A program made the position numbers and the translations under genes. A stretch of 64,000 nt of DNA from Kudoa neothunni (taxonomy: Eukaryota; Animalia; Cnidaria): NCBI GenBank assembly GCA_964304625.1, contig OZ199838.1, forward strand, positions 1,653,927-1,717,926. The letters run 5' to 3'. The notes beneath the pieces are model-generated. The model did no database searches. It worked only from the letters and a program-made list of their open reading frames with translations, and had not been told where the DNA came from. Each line of letters begins with the position of its first letter. The stretch's first letter is position 1. Below are positions 11,365 to 22,900 of the stretch, piece after piece.

Positions 11365-13172
11365 TAGGGTTTGCAATTTTCGACGTTTGTTTTAAGAATA
11401 AAAGAAAAACAAGTTTTTATCGGAGACTAAAAAATAAAGTTTTATAGAATAAAAATAATTATTTTGAGTAACTAGTAGTTAGAATGAAGCATCGAAACCA
11501 TTGAAGCGCGTTCATTTGAGAGTTTCATTCGTTCTTTTCGAATTATATGATTTAATTTCGAAAAGCTTCGTTCTACAGCGATAGATGTAATGGGTAATGT
11601 CAACAAATCCAATGGAAGTTTTGACAGCAATGGGCAAATATTGGATTTTTCCTTCCAAAAGTCTGTAGTGATAGAAGGATGATTTGAATAGTTAAGCGCC
11701 TTACAAAGGAAACTGTATCCATCTTTAAGGATAACTTTGTCTTTAACCCCTATTAAATAACAAAGATCATCATTATGTCCATTTTCAATCGATAATGGCG
11801 TTGCTGGATCAACGCTTTTGATTGTTTTAAAGAAAGTGGCTGATGGAAAAACAATCATTAATACAATGTTCTATAAAATCATGGATTTTTTCGATGATGC
11901 TTCCGCGAAAAGATTCAATTTTATTGATAAGATTTGTTCTAATTTCAAGTGGAAAAAGTCCAAGATTATCTTTGTGATCATTCAGAAAATCATTATTCAT
12001 CCAGTCGAATATACTTGAAAAACAAAAATTATCGTTGGTTTCAATACGTTTCGAAAATTCAACCAGCGGCGTAAGTTCATCAATTAACACAGTGACAGAG
12101 AGAAATAAGACATTGATATTCTCAGAATTAATTAGTAGAATTTCATTTAGACGTTTTCCAAATTCTAAGGGTTTAACTTCATTTAGAAAATCGACAACAG
12201 CTGGATAATATTCTTTTATTTGCTTTAAGCAATTGTAAAAACTATACCAACGGATATCCATGACACGAGGAATTTCTTCGACATTTTCCAAATCGTTGTT
12301 CTTGAGATGAACCAGAAATTTTCTCTTTGCATTTCTATTCTTTGACAGAATAGATGAAAAATTCATGCAGAATTTTTTCATGTATGACGCTGAATCCGAA
12401 ATAATAGCGCAACAGTTATCCCATACCAAGTCGTAACGTTTCAGCACGTTTGATAATTGATTAGCAACAATAACAGAATTACAATTTAAAATTCTGGATG
12501 AATCTAACATAAATATCATTCTTTTATTTGAATGGTGATCGTAATAACAAGCCAACGTGTTGAAAACAGGTCTATTATTAAAGTCAGGCGATTCGTCAAT
12601 TATCACACTGAAGCGAACATCTACCATTGCTAGTTTAATTACGTCCATACTCCTCAAAAATATCGGGGAAATTTGTTTATCAATAAGAACTCTTCCATCG
12701 GGCAATGATCGTGAAGCTGGGCAATATTTAAAAAGAAAATTCCTCAATGAATTATCTTTATTGATAGCTCGGAATGGAAGACCATCAAATAATACAATGT
12801 TTACTAGGTCCATTTCAATTTCGCTTGAGTTGGATCTATCAGGATGCAAAATATCCGTGATGGGGATAATGTTTTTCACATTAGTCTTCATAGTTGCGTG
12901 TTTTTGAGATCCAACATGTTCTTGTATTCTGTTTTGTTTAAGGGGTAAAACTAGCTTGCAATATTTGCATGACAGCGAGTCTCCCGCAACTTCCAGGTCG
13001 CTCCATTCAATCAAGTAATCAGCCAACTCTTGACGTTTTCTCCCCATTTACAAGATTCTCAATTCAACAAAATCGGCTTTTTTCGATCAAAAAAATAAAA
13101 ACTGGCACGTTTTTTCGAATTCGATGGTTTAAATTGACGGAAATCGATTTTGATCGAAAATTGCAAGTCCCA
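11365..13172 (-). mobile_element. hAT DNA transposon, 1808 bp, with defective transposase
   Basis: 19-bp imperfect TIRs TAGGGTTTGCAATTTTCGA (11365) and TCGAAAATTGCAAGTCCCA (13154-13172); perfect 8-bp TSD ATTATAAT at 11357-11364 and 13173-13180. Confidence 0.92.
11472..13047 (-). pseudogene. hAT transposase (Zn-finger, DDE, dimerisation domain), one frameshift
   Basis: CKYC...HVGSQKH, IIDES, ISDSASYM, RWYS, LPITSIAVERSFS...R...L. Frameshift at ~11830-11858; the CxxH segment after DSASYM appears deleted. Confidence 0.88.
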
Positions 13173-13638
13173 ATTATAATGTATTTAATCTTTGAGAAAT
13201 ACTTATAAATAAAGATGTTTTTTATATTTCTATGGTATTTTACTATTTTATCGGTTAGTTTAACGTTATGTTATATTAAATTTAACATTATTTCGTTATT
13301 AACAACAAATTAATGTAAAACATATTAAAAATTAATGAAATAGAACAGTTTCTATGATATTCAGATTGATAAAATAAATCATTGACACGCTGTAGCTAAA
13401 CAATTTCTTACTCAGATAATTAGTGTTTTCTTTATCATATTTCTTAAATATTATTACTGTGTTGAATACTTTTTCATATTATCCTCATAATTACAGTCGC
13501 TAATGTTTATATATTAAGTTGATATTTTCTCTATTTATAATATTTTATCGTGTATAAATTATTGTAGATCGTTGCACCAAGCAACATTAGGTCCTTATTA
13601 TAATTTATCAATTTTAGCCTGAATATAAAACAATTTTT

Positions 13639-14900
13639 TTATTGAATGGTGTATTTGATAATTCTAAAAATATTTTTCAAAAGTTCATATTTCTTTCCCA
13701 TAATAGAGCGGAACCACTCTTCAGCTAAATAACCATCCAAGTTTGTGAAAGATACTCCTCTCTTTATCCTCAAAAACTTCGTTTTTAACCAGCCCAAAGA
13801 GGCTTCAATAGTATTTGTATGAACTCCATATCTGACATAATTTTCAGAATGACTAATTCTAAAATGATTAAAACCAAGCGATGACAAATTATTGTGGGCC
13901 TCCCATTCATCACTATAAATGGTTGACCCAGGGATGAGTTTATTTTGTATGATCCTAATCAATGTTTCCATGTTTTGTCTTTCAACATAAAAATAACGGA
14001 CCTTTTCTAAACAACGTTTTTTATCATCCACTCTGCATAACGCGAGCCGAAAAATCCACGGACCATCAATGTGATTTCCGTATCTTTCTCTCCGTCTCGC
14101 ACCTATAATCGTATATGCGGGAAACAAAAAATTAATGTACTATTTGAAGTGTCTTCTGATTCGTTATTCTCTGTCGTTTCGTATTCACTTCCGGATAATT
14201 CGTCGATTGCTATGAAATGAAATGTGTAATAGTAACATACTACGATGTGTTATTAATGACGAATATTACTTAGTTCATCAAATTCTTTGTTTTGGGTCGT
14301 CTTTCAAAAATCTCCTTTTAAATACTGGCCCCGATTATTCTTACGCTTCCCATGAAGAAGCGTCTCATCAATTTCTATAATATACCTTTTTCCACCAAAT
14401 TGTTTTCGAAGAAGAAAATTAGAAGCGCAAATACCCCTTATTCTTTTAAAACATACCCCCGCTATTTTTGTGGTTACATTAATATTTTCGGAGGCGGATA
14501 AAATGGTTTCATCCATGCTCCAATTATAAATGAACTCGCATATTTTCTTTATTGTTATGTTTGGAGGGGGTGGAACAAACTCGAGCCCGAATAAAAGGTT
14601 CCACTTCGAGGAGATACCTAAGTTTTACACCTTCGAATTGTGAGACTAGTATTTACGTGTAAAACAATTACTTTTTATAGTAATAGCTGCATAAAAAATC
14701 CACATCATTCCTTTCAAGAGATTTAATCTTCGAAAGTGGCCTTTTTAACGTTCAAATTCCTTATAGTGAAGTAAAAACAATCGAAATTGTAACACCTGTT
14801 ACATCTAAAAGACAGAGGAAGCAGATACTCTTTCTCTACAAGGTCGTTAAATAATTTAGCCGGATCATTGATCAATAAAAAAAAAGTCATCATCATTAAT
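13639..14900 (-). pseudogene. Merlin/ISXO2-like DDE transposase relic
   Basis: IEIDETLL..KRKNNRG, GPWIF, PGSTIYSDEW, HSENY...VHTNTIEA, YLAEEWFR; N-terminal CNRC; multiple frameshifts and stops. Confidence 0.85.
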
Positions 14901-15272
14901 AAAACTCAACAAACTCATTTTCTCTAACGCGCGGGAAATTTGATATGCTATTCTCTTAAACATTTTATATTTTGTTATATAAATTCAACGATCAATTCCT
15001 AAAAAATGTTATTTATACATATAATAAACTTAGAAGTTAGTGTAAAAACAATAAAGTGGGTTTTCAATGGTTATTGGAAATTTAACGATGCTTTCGTGTG
15101 TGACGACAATGTAGTATGTAGTATTAGGGATTTTGTGCCAAAATTAAATGCTATCATAATTATCTGAAAACTTCCTCTCGGTATTCTTTTATTTTAATAT
15201 AAATAATCGTGAAAGAATCGGCAAAAAACGATATGCAAAAAGGGTGTTTTTTAGTTGCCACATCCTACCCTA

Positions 15273-15760
15273 TTACCGATTTTGCTTGGTTGTAGTTGTC
15301 ATGAAAACGTTGCATTTTTCATCTATTCCTCCCACAATCCATTGATCTTGATTAGCTAATATCCTACCCACGTTATTCTTATTTTTACAAAGTTTGGATT
15401 CATCGATCTGAACGATAATTCTATCTCCATTGACCTTTTGGGAATTCTCAATTACATGGTTCGGATAGATATCCCTAATAAAATTCTTCCAAAACACTAT
15501 AGTTTTGGAACTGATATGAATGTCTTCTTCATAAAAACGTTCACTGCTGATGCCGAAGGAATAATAATAGATGATCTTTAGGATGTTTGGATGTTCCAGG
15601 TGACTTTCTTCAAAAAGAGTCTTTGCAGACATAAGTATACTTTCTACAGTGATTACAATAGAACGAATATCCGTCAATGCATCTTTTGCGCTGTATCAAC
15701 TACATTTCCTTATTACAACATGTACTTATTTTTCTCTAAAGTCCAATGAATGCCAGAAAT
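15273..15760 (-). pseudogene. Merlin/ISXO2-like transposase fragment (N-terminal half)
   Basis: WKNFIRD...VQIDESKLCKNKNNVGRIL...QWIVGGID; cut off at both ends by terminal repeats of other elements. Confidence 0.82.
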
Positions 15761-17535
15761 TCGGGCACTATTCTACTATTCCGGACACAAACATTAAAGG
15801 AACTATAAGGGATTATAACAGCGTACAAATCCCGGGTTATTAGCGATATAGTTCATTGATAATAAAACCAAAAATATTTACTGTTTTTTTATTTACAGAT
15901 ATACAATTACCTCCTTAAAAAACTAAAAATTAAATTCTGTCAATAGTCCCATATATGACGGTAATATAAATAACTTAATCTCTATCATTAACATGTACTT
16001 ACTCGAACTATTGTGAAGGAAGGTTATTCTTAATAAAATTATTGAATAAATTCGTTACACTAATTTTTGTAGTTACATTTTAAGTAGTAATTATTTTAAA
16101 GCGGCATTATTAATGGTTGTTGTTGAGATGTATGGAGTTTACGAAATTCCTGCATATTAACAACTTTTTTTTAAATTTTAACTATATCAAGCTGAATCAA
16201 AACAAGTTTCTTTAGCTTTTGAAAATTTTTTATTGTTATATATAACATTTGAGATCCGAAAATCATCACCATCTCATTACAATACTTGTTTGTTTCATTA
16301 TTACTCAATTATTCACGTGCTAGATACATTTAAGGATCGAATTGAATTAGCGGTTGTTAGCTGCATTCAGAGAGGCCATATTATTAAACGTCACGATATA
16401 TATCGAACTAAATACAAAATGGTTGATTATTAATAATCATCTTGGTAACAGCGGTTATTATAAAAATTATGAGTCTATATTATTCGATGAAAATTTTTAT
16501 TGGCTTGAGTAGACAACAACCAAATAATGCTATAGCCAATATTAAATTATAGCTAGTCTCTCTTAAGAAAACGGTTTTTGTTTTATTTTATCCTTAAAAC
16601 TTACGACCGGGAATTAACGTTTTGTTTTTTTATGTACATTATTTTACTATTAAAATCTTGAATTATATTTCTGGCAATTAGGACTGATGTAAAGTTACAA
16701 AATACTTCTATTACTAATATATGATGTAGAATTTTTGGATATATTTTTATATGTATATATGTATGCATGTAAGTGCTTAAAGATTACGTGAATATAAGAT
16801 GATTGGTATTGGCTGATAAACGATTAATATCCTGAATCCACAAATCATTGATTGTTTTTATATGTTTAATGTACAAATTAATTTTATAAGAATTTTGAAA
16901 AATAATACAGATGGGCCAATATATATTGCGATCGTCTATCTATACAATTTCATTAAGTTTGATGGCGAAATATCCGTACAGCGAATAATATAAATGCCAA
17001 ACTTTCAATCTTTTCAAAAAAGGAAAATTATTATAAATGACTAGATAATTTCTAAAGGATTTTAGATTGTGTATTATTTGTAATATAAAAATAATGTTTA
17101 ATTCTTTCATAATTGGAAAATTTCGGCATACTTTCCATTGAATAAATGACTTTATTATTTTTAAAATTATTCGTTGTTTCATTTCAATTTCCTATAACCT
17201 CAGAGGATTATTAGACAAAAGCATAAAACACATTTTAAGACTTATACGCATATTTTTAAAACAACAAAACATAAATACAACTATTTTAATCTTACAATAT
17301 CATTACAATAATAAGACAATATTTCGAACTATACAACAGGTAATTTTTTGTATCCAAATGTTAAAAATATAAATATTAAAAACAATAAAACGCGCGAATT
17401 TAATAATTATGTAATTACATCAGAGAAAATTATAAGAATGTTTCTTTCTACATTTAAATTTAGATGTCAATACAAAAATTTTAAAAATTTGAATAGACGT
17501 AATAGCTTTAAAAAGGGAAAAATAAATAGCACATA

Positions 17536-18470
17536 TTACATCAAAACAAATAGATGAATTTTTTTTTTAAATCTATACCATTCCGTAAGGTATTGAATAG
17601 TATTGTCGAATCTATCTTGGGGAGTTATCCCATATCTTTCTCTCCAGAGAAATTCCTCAAGATAAGACTCCACCATTGAATAATGGACTCCCAACATACG
17701 TTTAAATTTTATCTTACAATTTTTCCAGTTGCATTCTACGTGATTTGTATGGACACCAGTAATTGGATCCTTAAAATATTTTTTGTGATTCACTCGTTTA
17801 TGGACATAACGAGAAACCACGTCCACATTAGTTATACCACTGTATGCCGACCAGCAATCAGAATGAATTTCTGTTCCGGGTTTTATGAATTGTTTAATAT
17901 AAAACAAATGGGTGGCAGCTGTTCTATCTGGAACGAAAGTTAGGAAGTCCTGTTTATTTACGAGGTCAGCCACCAAATACCCACCTTTCTTCTACAACAT
18001 ATCCGGCGTTATTTTTTCTTTTCACAATGAGCGATTCATCAATTTGCACCACATGGCCAACTCCACCTATTTGGTAGGGGTTCTCTAATAGGTGATGGGT
18101 GCATACGTCACTAAAATATTGTACCATTGCACAGATGTAGTAGGTGAAACGTTTGCCATGATATTGGCAGTAATAACAGCTATGTCGAGGCGGTAGCAAT
18201 ATAGCATCTTAATGAAACAACGCTCGTTTATGCTGGAATTTTCTAAAATTGAGCCGTATTTATATGTTTTTTTAATTCTGTGCAGACTGCATCGATATGT
18301 AAATGAGTCGCGGTCTTTAATCAGACTCATTGTTCTAGATCAGCGTTTCCCTTTTATTTTTTTCCCCGCACCCCCAAACGATTATCAAGTTTACTCTCGC
18401 ACCCCTATGTTAATATTTATAAAAATATTAATGGTAAATTTGTGTTTCCATTTTTTTACTCTAAGTTTAT
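17536..18470 (-). pseudogene. Merlin/ISXO2-like transposase, frameshifted
   Basis: IGGVGHVVQIDES..KRKNNAG...WVFG, VPDRTAAT, PGTEIHSDCWSAY, VNHKKYFKDPITGVHTNHVECNW, SYLEEFLWR, spread over three frames. Confidence 0.88.
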
Positions 18471-18834
18471 ATTCCAAATAATGCATTTTAATATTTTAAT
18501 TTTTAAAGAAATATATCAAAATAATTTTCGTGAGTTTAGTCGATTAATCGCTACTACTTTATGAATAAAATTAAAAAAAGCATTCCTATGATAATCATAC
18601 ACTTTAAAAAGAAAGCCAAAACTTATAGAATTTTTATTTTATATAACATTATTAATAAAAACTTTATTTCTTTTATAAAACAATTAATAAAATATCGCGT
18701 ATGGACAGATATCTAGTTAATATATATATATATATTAAGTTTGATATCAAATTCAGTCACTTTAATAAGCATATAAGAGACCAAGATTCCAAAAAATGAT
18801 AACACATTTAAAAACTATTGAGTTTAATTTTGAT

Positions 18835-19380
18835 TTATCGGCTTTCCCTCTCTTGGCGTTCTTCCACTAATAATTCAAATCGCGGTTCCACATTTGTCAA
18901 TGCGATGCGTAAATCATTTTCTGGATTCAGTAAATTTCTATATTTATTTTTTACATACAACAAAGGTGAAAATCCTGACTCGCACAACCAGATCGTTGCG
19001 AATGGAATAAGAATTTTCAATGCTCATTTTGCAAGGGACGGGTAACTGCATTGGGCATTGCACTAAAAGTTCTCAAGTGTATTTTCATTGTAACTCAACT
19101 TCATTGTGTAGTTTTCTTGAAAATCTATTAATTACTCAGTATTATTATCATCATTATTCATAGTATTAACATTAAATGAAAATGGATCAACTATCCAAAT
19201 ATCAGAATCTTGTAGTAACTGGTCGAGAAAATAATAACCATCAAAGGATAATCTCAATTTATTTATGTGATACATGGTATTATTCATGATATCTTGCCTA
19301 CAATGGTAACTCTTGTGAAGCCATACCGAGTATAATCCACATTCCATTTTCTAACCTTTTGGGAAGCAACCATGATGATA
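18835..19380 (-). pseudogene. hAT (Buster/ZBED8-like) transposase C-terminal relic
   Basis: WIVDPF...KILIPFATIWLCESGFS...KNKYRNLL..ENDLRIALT..EPRF. Confidence 0.8.
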
Positions 19381-19949
19381 CGTGGGCGATGTTAATTCGC
19401 TCATTAAATACACAGCATTAAGTTAAAATCTGTTAACGTCTTCATACTCCAAGATACAAGTAGACAGTATTTTATTAATAATTAATAAATTTTTGGTAAA
19501 TAAATAACGATTTTTGAATTATAAATTTATATTATTTTAAAAGATAGAATGATTTTAATAGAAAGTGCACTATATAAAATCTATTATTAGATTATTTCAC
19601 TAACAAAATATCCCGTTATATGATATTTAATTAAATACGGTAGCTTCAAACAGAATTTCTGGACTCAAATTTTTCTTTCATTCATATAGTCAGGCTTAAA
19701 TTCTTCATTCATCATAGGGTAATCCCGCACCCCCAATAGGGAAGCCCTGTTCTAGATTCTAGAACATCGGAGGCATTTGTGCGCATCTGGATTCAATATT
19801 CGCCTCAATTTTAGGAAATTAATTGCGTTTTCTCTTGTATCAACTCTTCGAAACAACGTCTCGAAATCCATTATCACAATTACCGTACAAGATTTGCGTC
19901 AAAGATAATCCCTTTAATGTTTGTGTCCGGAATAGTAGAATAGTGCCGT

Positions 19950-22900
19950 GTTGGAAGGACGGACGACTAATGAAAAATTACCAAACTCTGCATGAAATGT
20001 CGCGCCAAAAATGCAAAAGAGAGGGAGACTCGAATAGGAAATAAACAAGACAAGAATACAACTATAATTGCGAGGTGGTTTATATAGGGTGAGGGGCTGG
20101 TGATTTCGATTTTTTCTGGGTCTCCAAAATGGTCGGGCGCGCCTCTGCCAATGAACAAAACGGGATTCTTCTCGCCCGGTCTCCTACGTTCGGCTTAGAC
20201 CCAAGAGCTCCGTAAGCAACTTGTAGGTCTAAGACTAGAGCTGTCGTGGCGGAGAACCCGGGGTCAAACACGGTTTGGATTCTGAGGGAAATAGTTTGTA
20301 AGTGTTGACCCCGCGGCCGCCCGAATGTTTCCCGCGCTAAACTGGAGAAGTCGGAGACCCAACACTGCATATGATTATTCCAGACAAGTCTAGAGTCCTC
20401 TAGTACAGAGAGGATAATATCCTTTATCAGCCGTTTCTGGACTTTTTTTGGGGTGATGAAACAGAAGCGATCGAGTGTTTCCTTGGTCGATGGATGGTGT
20501 GACCCTCCGGAGCGTATTTCTCCCTTTTATGGTGTAACAATTGATCAAGCCGATCCATACCATTTTCGTAACTGTCACGTCAATGATACGTATCAGCTTC
20601 TTTTTATCGTTCCAAAACACGATATCGGGGCGACGATTGGAGTTTGCATAGGGTAATGTGCGGTTCCCAAGGATTTCCCAATATTGTTTAGATTGGTTCT
20701 TCTTGCCGTCCAACTTTTGTTTGATCTGATCCACGATCAGCTTGACGATGTGGTTATGTCGAAGCGAACGTAACGCTTCGCCACGTTTGCATCCGCCAAT
20801 CGCGTGTCCTAGAGTTTCCACACTGCAAGGACAGTGACGGCGGATAGCGTCAGGGGCTGCCTTCATTCTGAACATGAGTGATTTGGTTGGTAGGGCGTCG
20901 AGGCGGGCCATGCAAGAAAATCGGTAGGTGTTGATTCGCATGTTGCAGTTTCTCAACCATTTGTTGGAGCCTGACGACCAACTAAAACAATTCACCAGTT
21001 TACCTTTGTGCGGGTTGTGCTTTCCATGCTTCGAAGTGCGTTTGTTGGTTGTGCCAACGCAGTTGGCGGATTCTGGTAGGTTGGAACATTTGGAGAGGTT
21101 GATTTCCATTTGGATGGTGGAGAAATAATCTTGGCAAAATTTCTGGAGATGTTTCATTTGGGATTGTTCATGGCACATCAACACAATGTCATCTGCAAAG
21201 GCTTGAACACCGATGGTTTCATTGTGAAGATGGTAACCAATATTGGAATTATTGATCTTGTCGAGGAGTCCATCAATGATCATATTGAATAATAGTGGTG
21301 AACGAGGACAGCCTTGTCGTACACCACGTTTGTTCATGGGGATTTTGGATGCGTTTCCGTAACTATCATGAAAGAGGTTGTAACTTCCATCATATAGTTT
21401 GCGGACGAAATCTTTAAGGTTGAGAGGGAAACCAAATTTTGTCAATTCTTCTTCTAGAGCATAATGTGGGACTGAATCGAAGGCTTTCTTCAGATCCAGT
21501 CACACCATACACAGATTCTGGCATGACCTTTCGGATGAATCAAGGATTTCTTGTAAAACAAACGAATGCTCAGTACATCCATCGCTTTGCGTGAAACCTT
21601 TTTGAGGCGGGGAAAGTTCAATTAAGTGGTGAAATTTAATATTAATTGTTGACATGAACAATCTATAGATTGTCAGTGTAACTGAGATTGGACAGTATCA
21701 TAATGTATCGTTTGGACTGAGATTGTCAGACTTGGGGAGTAGTACAAGTCTGCTTGCAAGCCATTCAATGTAAGGGGTTCCAGAATTTAAAATTCTGGTA
21801 AAGAGGGATGCTAATATATGATCTGCATAAGGCAGACATTTCCAAAATCTAATGGATATGCCATCGGTCCCTGTGAGGGTGTCTGATTTGGCACGGTTAA
21901 TGACGACATTTATTTCGTCTGAGGTTATGATAAGCAGAGTCATCTTCTCTGTGTTCATAATAAACTGGACGTTGAGACGATGTTTGTGAGGCAGTTTGGA
22001 AATTGGATGTAATATTAGATTGTGGACTTGATTGTGATTGAGATTGTGTGGGGTTATTTGGAGGTAAAACAGTAAAGGCGTTGGAAATTTCATCAGCAGT
22101 TGCAGTACACCATTTGGTGGTATCTCCTGTTATCTCTCTATAGCACCTTTTCGGGTTTGCTCTATAGAGGGCACGGAGTCGTTTAATTTGATCTTTAGAA
22201 AGTTGCACCTGTTGTTGGTGCTTGGTAGGATTAGAAGGTTGTGAATTGAGTGTTAGTGAATGCATTTTTAAATCATTTGGAATTTACCTTATTAATTTGA
22301 TTATTTGTGCCTTTAGTATTGTTTCTGTTGTGTGCTATGTTAGGGGATTTTTTGCGTTGGATAATGGGATATAAAACATATTTGGTTGATTTGCATGTTT
22401 CGTAGCAATATTCATAAATTCAGTATTGAGAGTAACAACGGGAAGGTGGTTGTTTTGGTTCATATATGTAATTAGTTCTTCAGACGCAGATTTGAACAAA
22501 GTTGTGCGTTTTTCTCTCTCCCTTTTACATTTATTACCATAACTCTCGTCTGGGTCAGGCTGTGGTCGGGAGTAAGGTTGAAGTTGAGAACTCACTGGTG
22601 TATTAGTCGAATCAACGGGCATAATAATATCATCGTCCTTATGAGGTAAAACATTGGCTGGTATTGTTGCTGTTCCATAGGATTTTATAACGGGAATGGT
22701 ATTTTTGTTGTTGGTGAGTGATTCGGGTTGATTCAGTGTGAAATCAGGTGAGTTATTGGAAATGGGTTCGATTTGCTTTGGAAAATGTTTGGAAGATGGC
22801 GCCCCTTCTTCTAAATAGGAAATTTTTCCACAGACTTGTGAAAACCCTGAGCTTTTCCATATTTCTGTGCATTCTCCAGTTGGCTTTATAATTTGTTTTA

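Larger units (their letters stand above)
10751..15265 (-). mobile_element. Long-TIR Merlin/ISXO2 (IS1595-related) element containing a nested hAT
   Basis: Near-identical inverted repeats 10751-10941 and 15021-15211; the right one extends to ...GCCACATCC at ~15265. They enclose a Merlin transposase relic. Confidence 0.65.
15764..19947. mobile_element. Putative composite Merlin-type element defined by 37-bp perfect inverted repeats
   Basis: GGCACTATTCTACTATTCCGGACACAAACATTAAAGG at 15764-15800 and its exact reverse complement at 19911-19947. Encloses a Merlin relic; no TSD seen. Confidence 0.55.

Noticed and set aside
13639-18470. Bacterial IS1595 insertion or contamination
   Set aside because: ISXO2-like domains are the eukaryotic Merlin superfamily; these are decayed, AT-matched and interleaved with eukaryotic TEs.
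19685-19720. C/D box pair (ATGATGA...CTGA on the minus strand)
   Set aside because: Only ~15 nt between the boxes, too short for a snoRNA.
20215-20395. RNase P RNA (AGGTCTAAGACTAG resembles the CR-I region of vertebrate H1 RNA)
   Set aside because: The GGAA of CR-I is missing, the segment pairs locally with 20194-20201, and there is no CR-V/P4 partner just before the closing helix. SRP RNA was also rejected because neither the Alu UGUA loop nor the helix-8 motif is present.
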